Virus record (IMG/VR): IMGVR_UViG_3300047292_000038
Span: 1-24,957 of that record
Reading direction: 5' to 3' (one strand)
Source: a virus
Taxonomy: Duplodnaviria > Caudoviricetes
DNA: 24,957 nucleotides
The translations under genes were made by a program, and so were the position numbers. The notes below the pieces were generated by a model. The model saw only the letters and a program-made list of their open reading frames with translations. It was not told the origin of the DNA and did not search any database. Shown here piece by piece: positions 23,829 to 24,957 of the stretch (positions are counted from its first letter, which is position 1; the number at the start of each line of letters is the position of its first letter).

Positions 23829-24957
23829 TATATCAATAGTTAATTTATCGGCTTATACAAGTCCTGTAATACAAGAAAATAAGAGAAACGAATATATCGA
23901 GTATGGAAGTGATAACAATTACTTTCAATACTTAATAGATAGGTATTTGTATTCGGCCACAAATGGTGCGATTATTACGGGTGTTTCTAATATGATATAC
24001 GGTAAAGGATTAGATGCTTTGGATTCTAATCGTAAACCGAATGAATTTGCACAGTTTAAATCTATTGTTAAAGATTCAGATATTAAGAAAGTAGCATTAG
24101 AACGCAAACTTTTAGGAATGGCTGCGATGCAGATTGTAATGGAAAAAAAACAAGTTAAACAAGTTCTACATTTTCCTATGCAAACTTTAAGAGCTGGTAA
24201 ATGCAATGATAAAGGACAAATTGAAACTTGGTATTATCACCATAATTGGGCAAAAAAGAAACCAAGTGAAGAAGCTAAACCTATTCCAGCGTTTGGTTTT
24301 GGAAATGGAAATGAAGTAGAAATTTATATTATAAAACCGTATGTAAGTGGATTTGATTATTATTCACCAATTGACTATTCTGGTTCATTACCTTATGCTT
24401 TATTGGAAGAAAATATTGCTGACTATCAAATTAATGATTGTCAAAATGGTTTTAGCGGTACAAAAGTAATTAATTTTAATAACGGTGTGCCAACTCCTGA
24501 AATGCGGGAGAAAATAAAACGTGATACTCTTTCAAAATTAACAGGTGCAAGAGGTGAAAAAGTTATTATTGCTTTTAATGCTAACGCTGAAAGTAAAACA
24601 ACGGTAGAAGATTTACCGTTGACGGATGCACCGGCACATTATGAGTATTTGTCAAGAGAATGCTTTGAAAAGTTAATTGTAGGGCATAGAGTTACTTCGC
24701 CAATGCTTTTGGGAATACGTGAAACTGGTGGCGGTTTGGGTAATAATGCAGATGAGATTAAAACTGCTACTTTGTTATTTGATAATATAGTTATAAAGCC
24801 TTATCAACTCGAAATAACCAACGCATTAGACGAAATTTTAGCTATTAATAGTATATCGTTAAAACTTTATTTTAAGACGATACAGCCGTTAGAATTTGTT
24901 GATACTACAGGAATGAACGCTGAAACAAAAGAAGAAGAGACGGGCGTTAAAATGAGT
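23821..24957 (+). CDS. Portal protein (3' truncated; not in ORF track)
   Basis: MSDISIVNLSAYTSP...YGSDNNYFQYLIDRY...MIYGKGL...GHRVTSPMLLGI...NNADEI; reads as open to the window end. Confidence 0.8.
   Translation, partial: MSDISIVNLSAYTSPVIQENKRNEYIEYGSDNNYFQYLIDRYLYSATNGAIITGVSNMIYGKGLDALDSNRKPNEFAQFKSIVKDSDIKKVALERKLLGMAAMQIVMEKKQVKQVLHFPMQTLRAGKCNDKGQIETWYYHHNWAKKKPSEEAKPIPAFGFGNGNEVEIYIIKPYVSGFDYYSPIDYSGSLPYALLEENIADYQINDCQNGFSGTKVINFNNGVPTPEMREKIKRDTLSKLTGARGEKVIIAFNANAESKTTVEDLPLTDAPAHYEYLSRECFEKLIVGHRVTSPMLLGIRETGGGLGNNADEIKTATLLFDNIVIKPYQLEITNALDEILAINSISLKLYFKTIQPLEFVDTTGMNAETKEEETGVKMS

Noticed and set aside
705-24206. Minus-strand ORFs in the track (705, 1838, 2973, 3106, 3198, 4735, 4895, 5483, 6564, 8906, 11738, 17812, 18684, 19286, 20111, 21229, 23925) and + ORF 6850
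   Set aside because: They overlap better-supported + strand genes and have no recognisable motifs; treated as shadow ORFs.
1-24957. Integrase, reverse transcriptase/DGR, tRNA or rRNA genes
   Set aside because: No tyrosine or serine recombinase motifs, RT motifs, template/variable repeat pair or cloverleaf were recognised by eye.

Overview
AT-rich window from a tailed dsDNA phage or prophage, probably a siphovirus of Bacteroidota (Flavobacteriia-like). The host call rests on TAnnTTTG promoters and A-rich leaders lacking Shine-Dalgarno motifs. All credible genes are on the + strand. Layout: (i) 1-3611, an accessory region built as gene cassettes separated by five attC-like palindromic sites (TAACG...TGTTA, 71-127 bp). 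Each cassette's two ends are complementary to each other, and the upstream site supplies the start codon and N-terminus of several cassette genes, including a C5 DNA methyltransferase and a lipoprotein. No integrase is visible. (ii) 3644-5775, small hypothetical and DNA-binding genes plus a second (amino) methyltransferase. (iii) 5849-10374, recombination and replication: RecT-like annealase preceded by a kissing-loop RNA leader, SSB-like protein, VRR-NUC nuclease, HTH, RepA/AAA helicase and a candidate iteron origin. (iv) 10467-13168, sigma factor, TerS, TerL. (v) 13231-24957, morphogenesis in an unusual order: frameshifted tail chaperone, tail genes, tape measure, XkdF-like protease, scaffold, capsid, two paralogous tail-tube genes, then portal (truncated). 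Four copies of a fixed-spacing candidate late promoter occur here. The main candidate novel system is the phage-borne, integron-like cassette array whose sites donate translation starts. All product calls come from motif recognition by eye; no searches were run.
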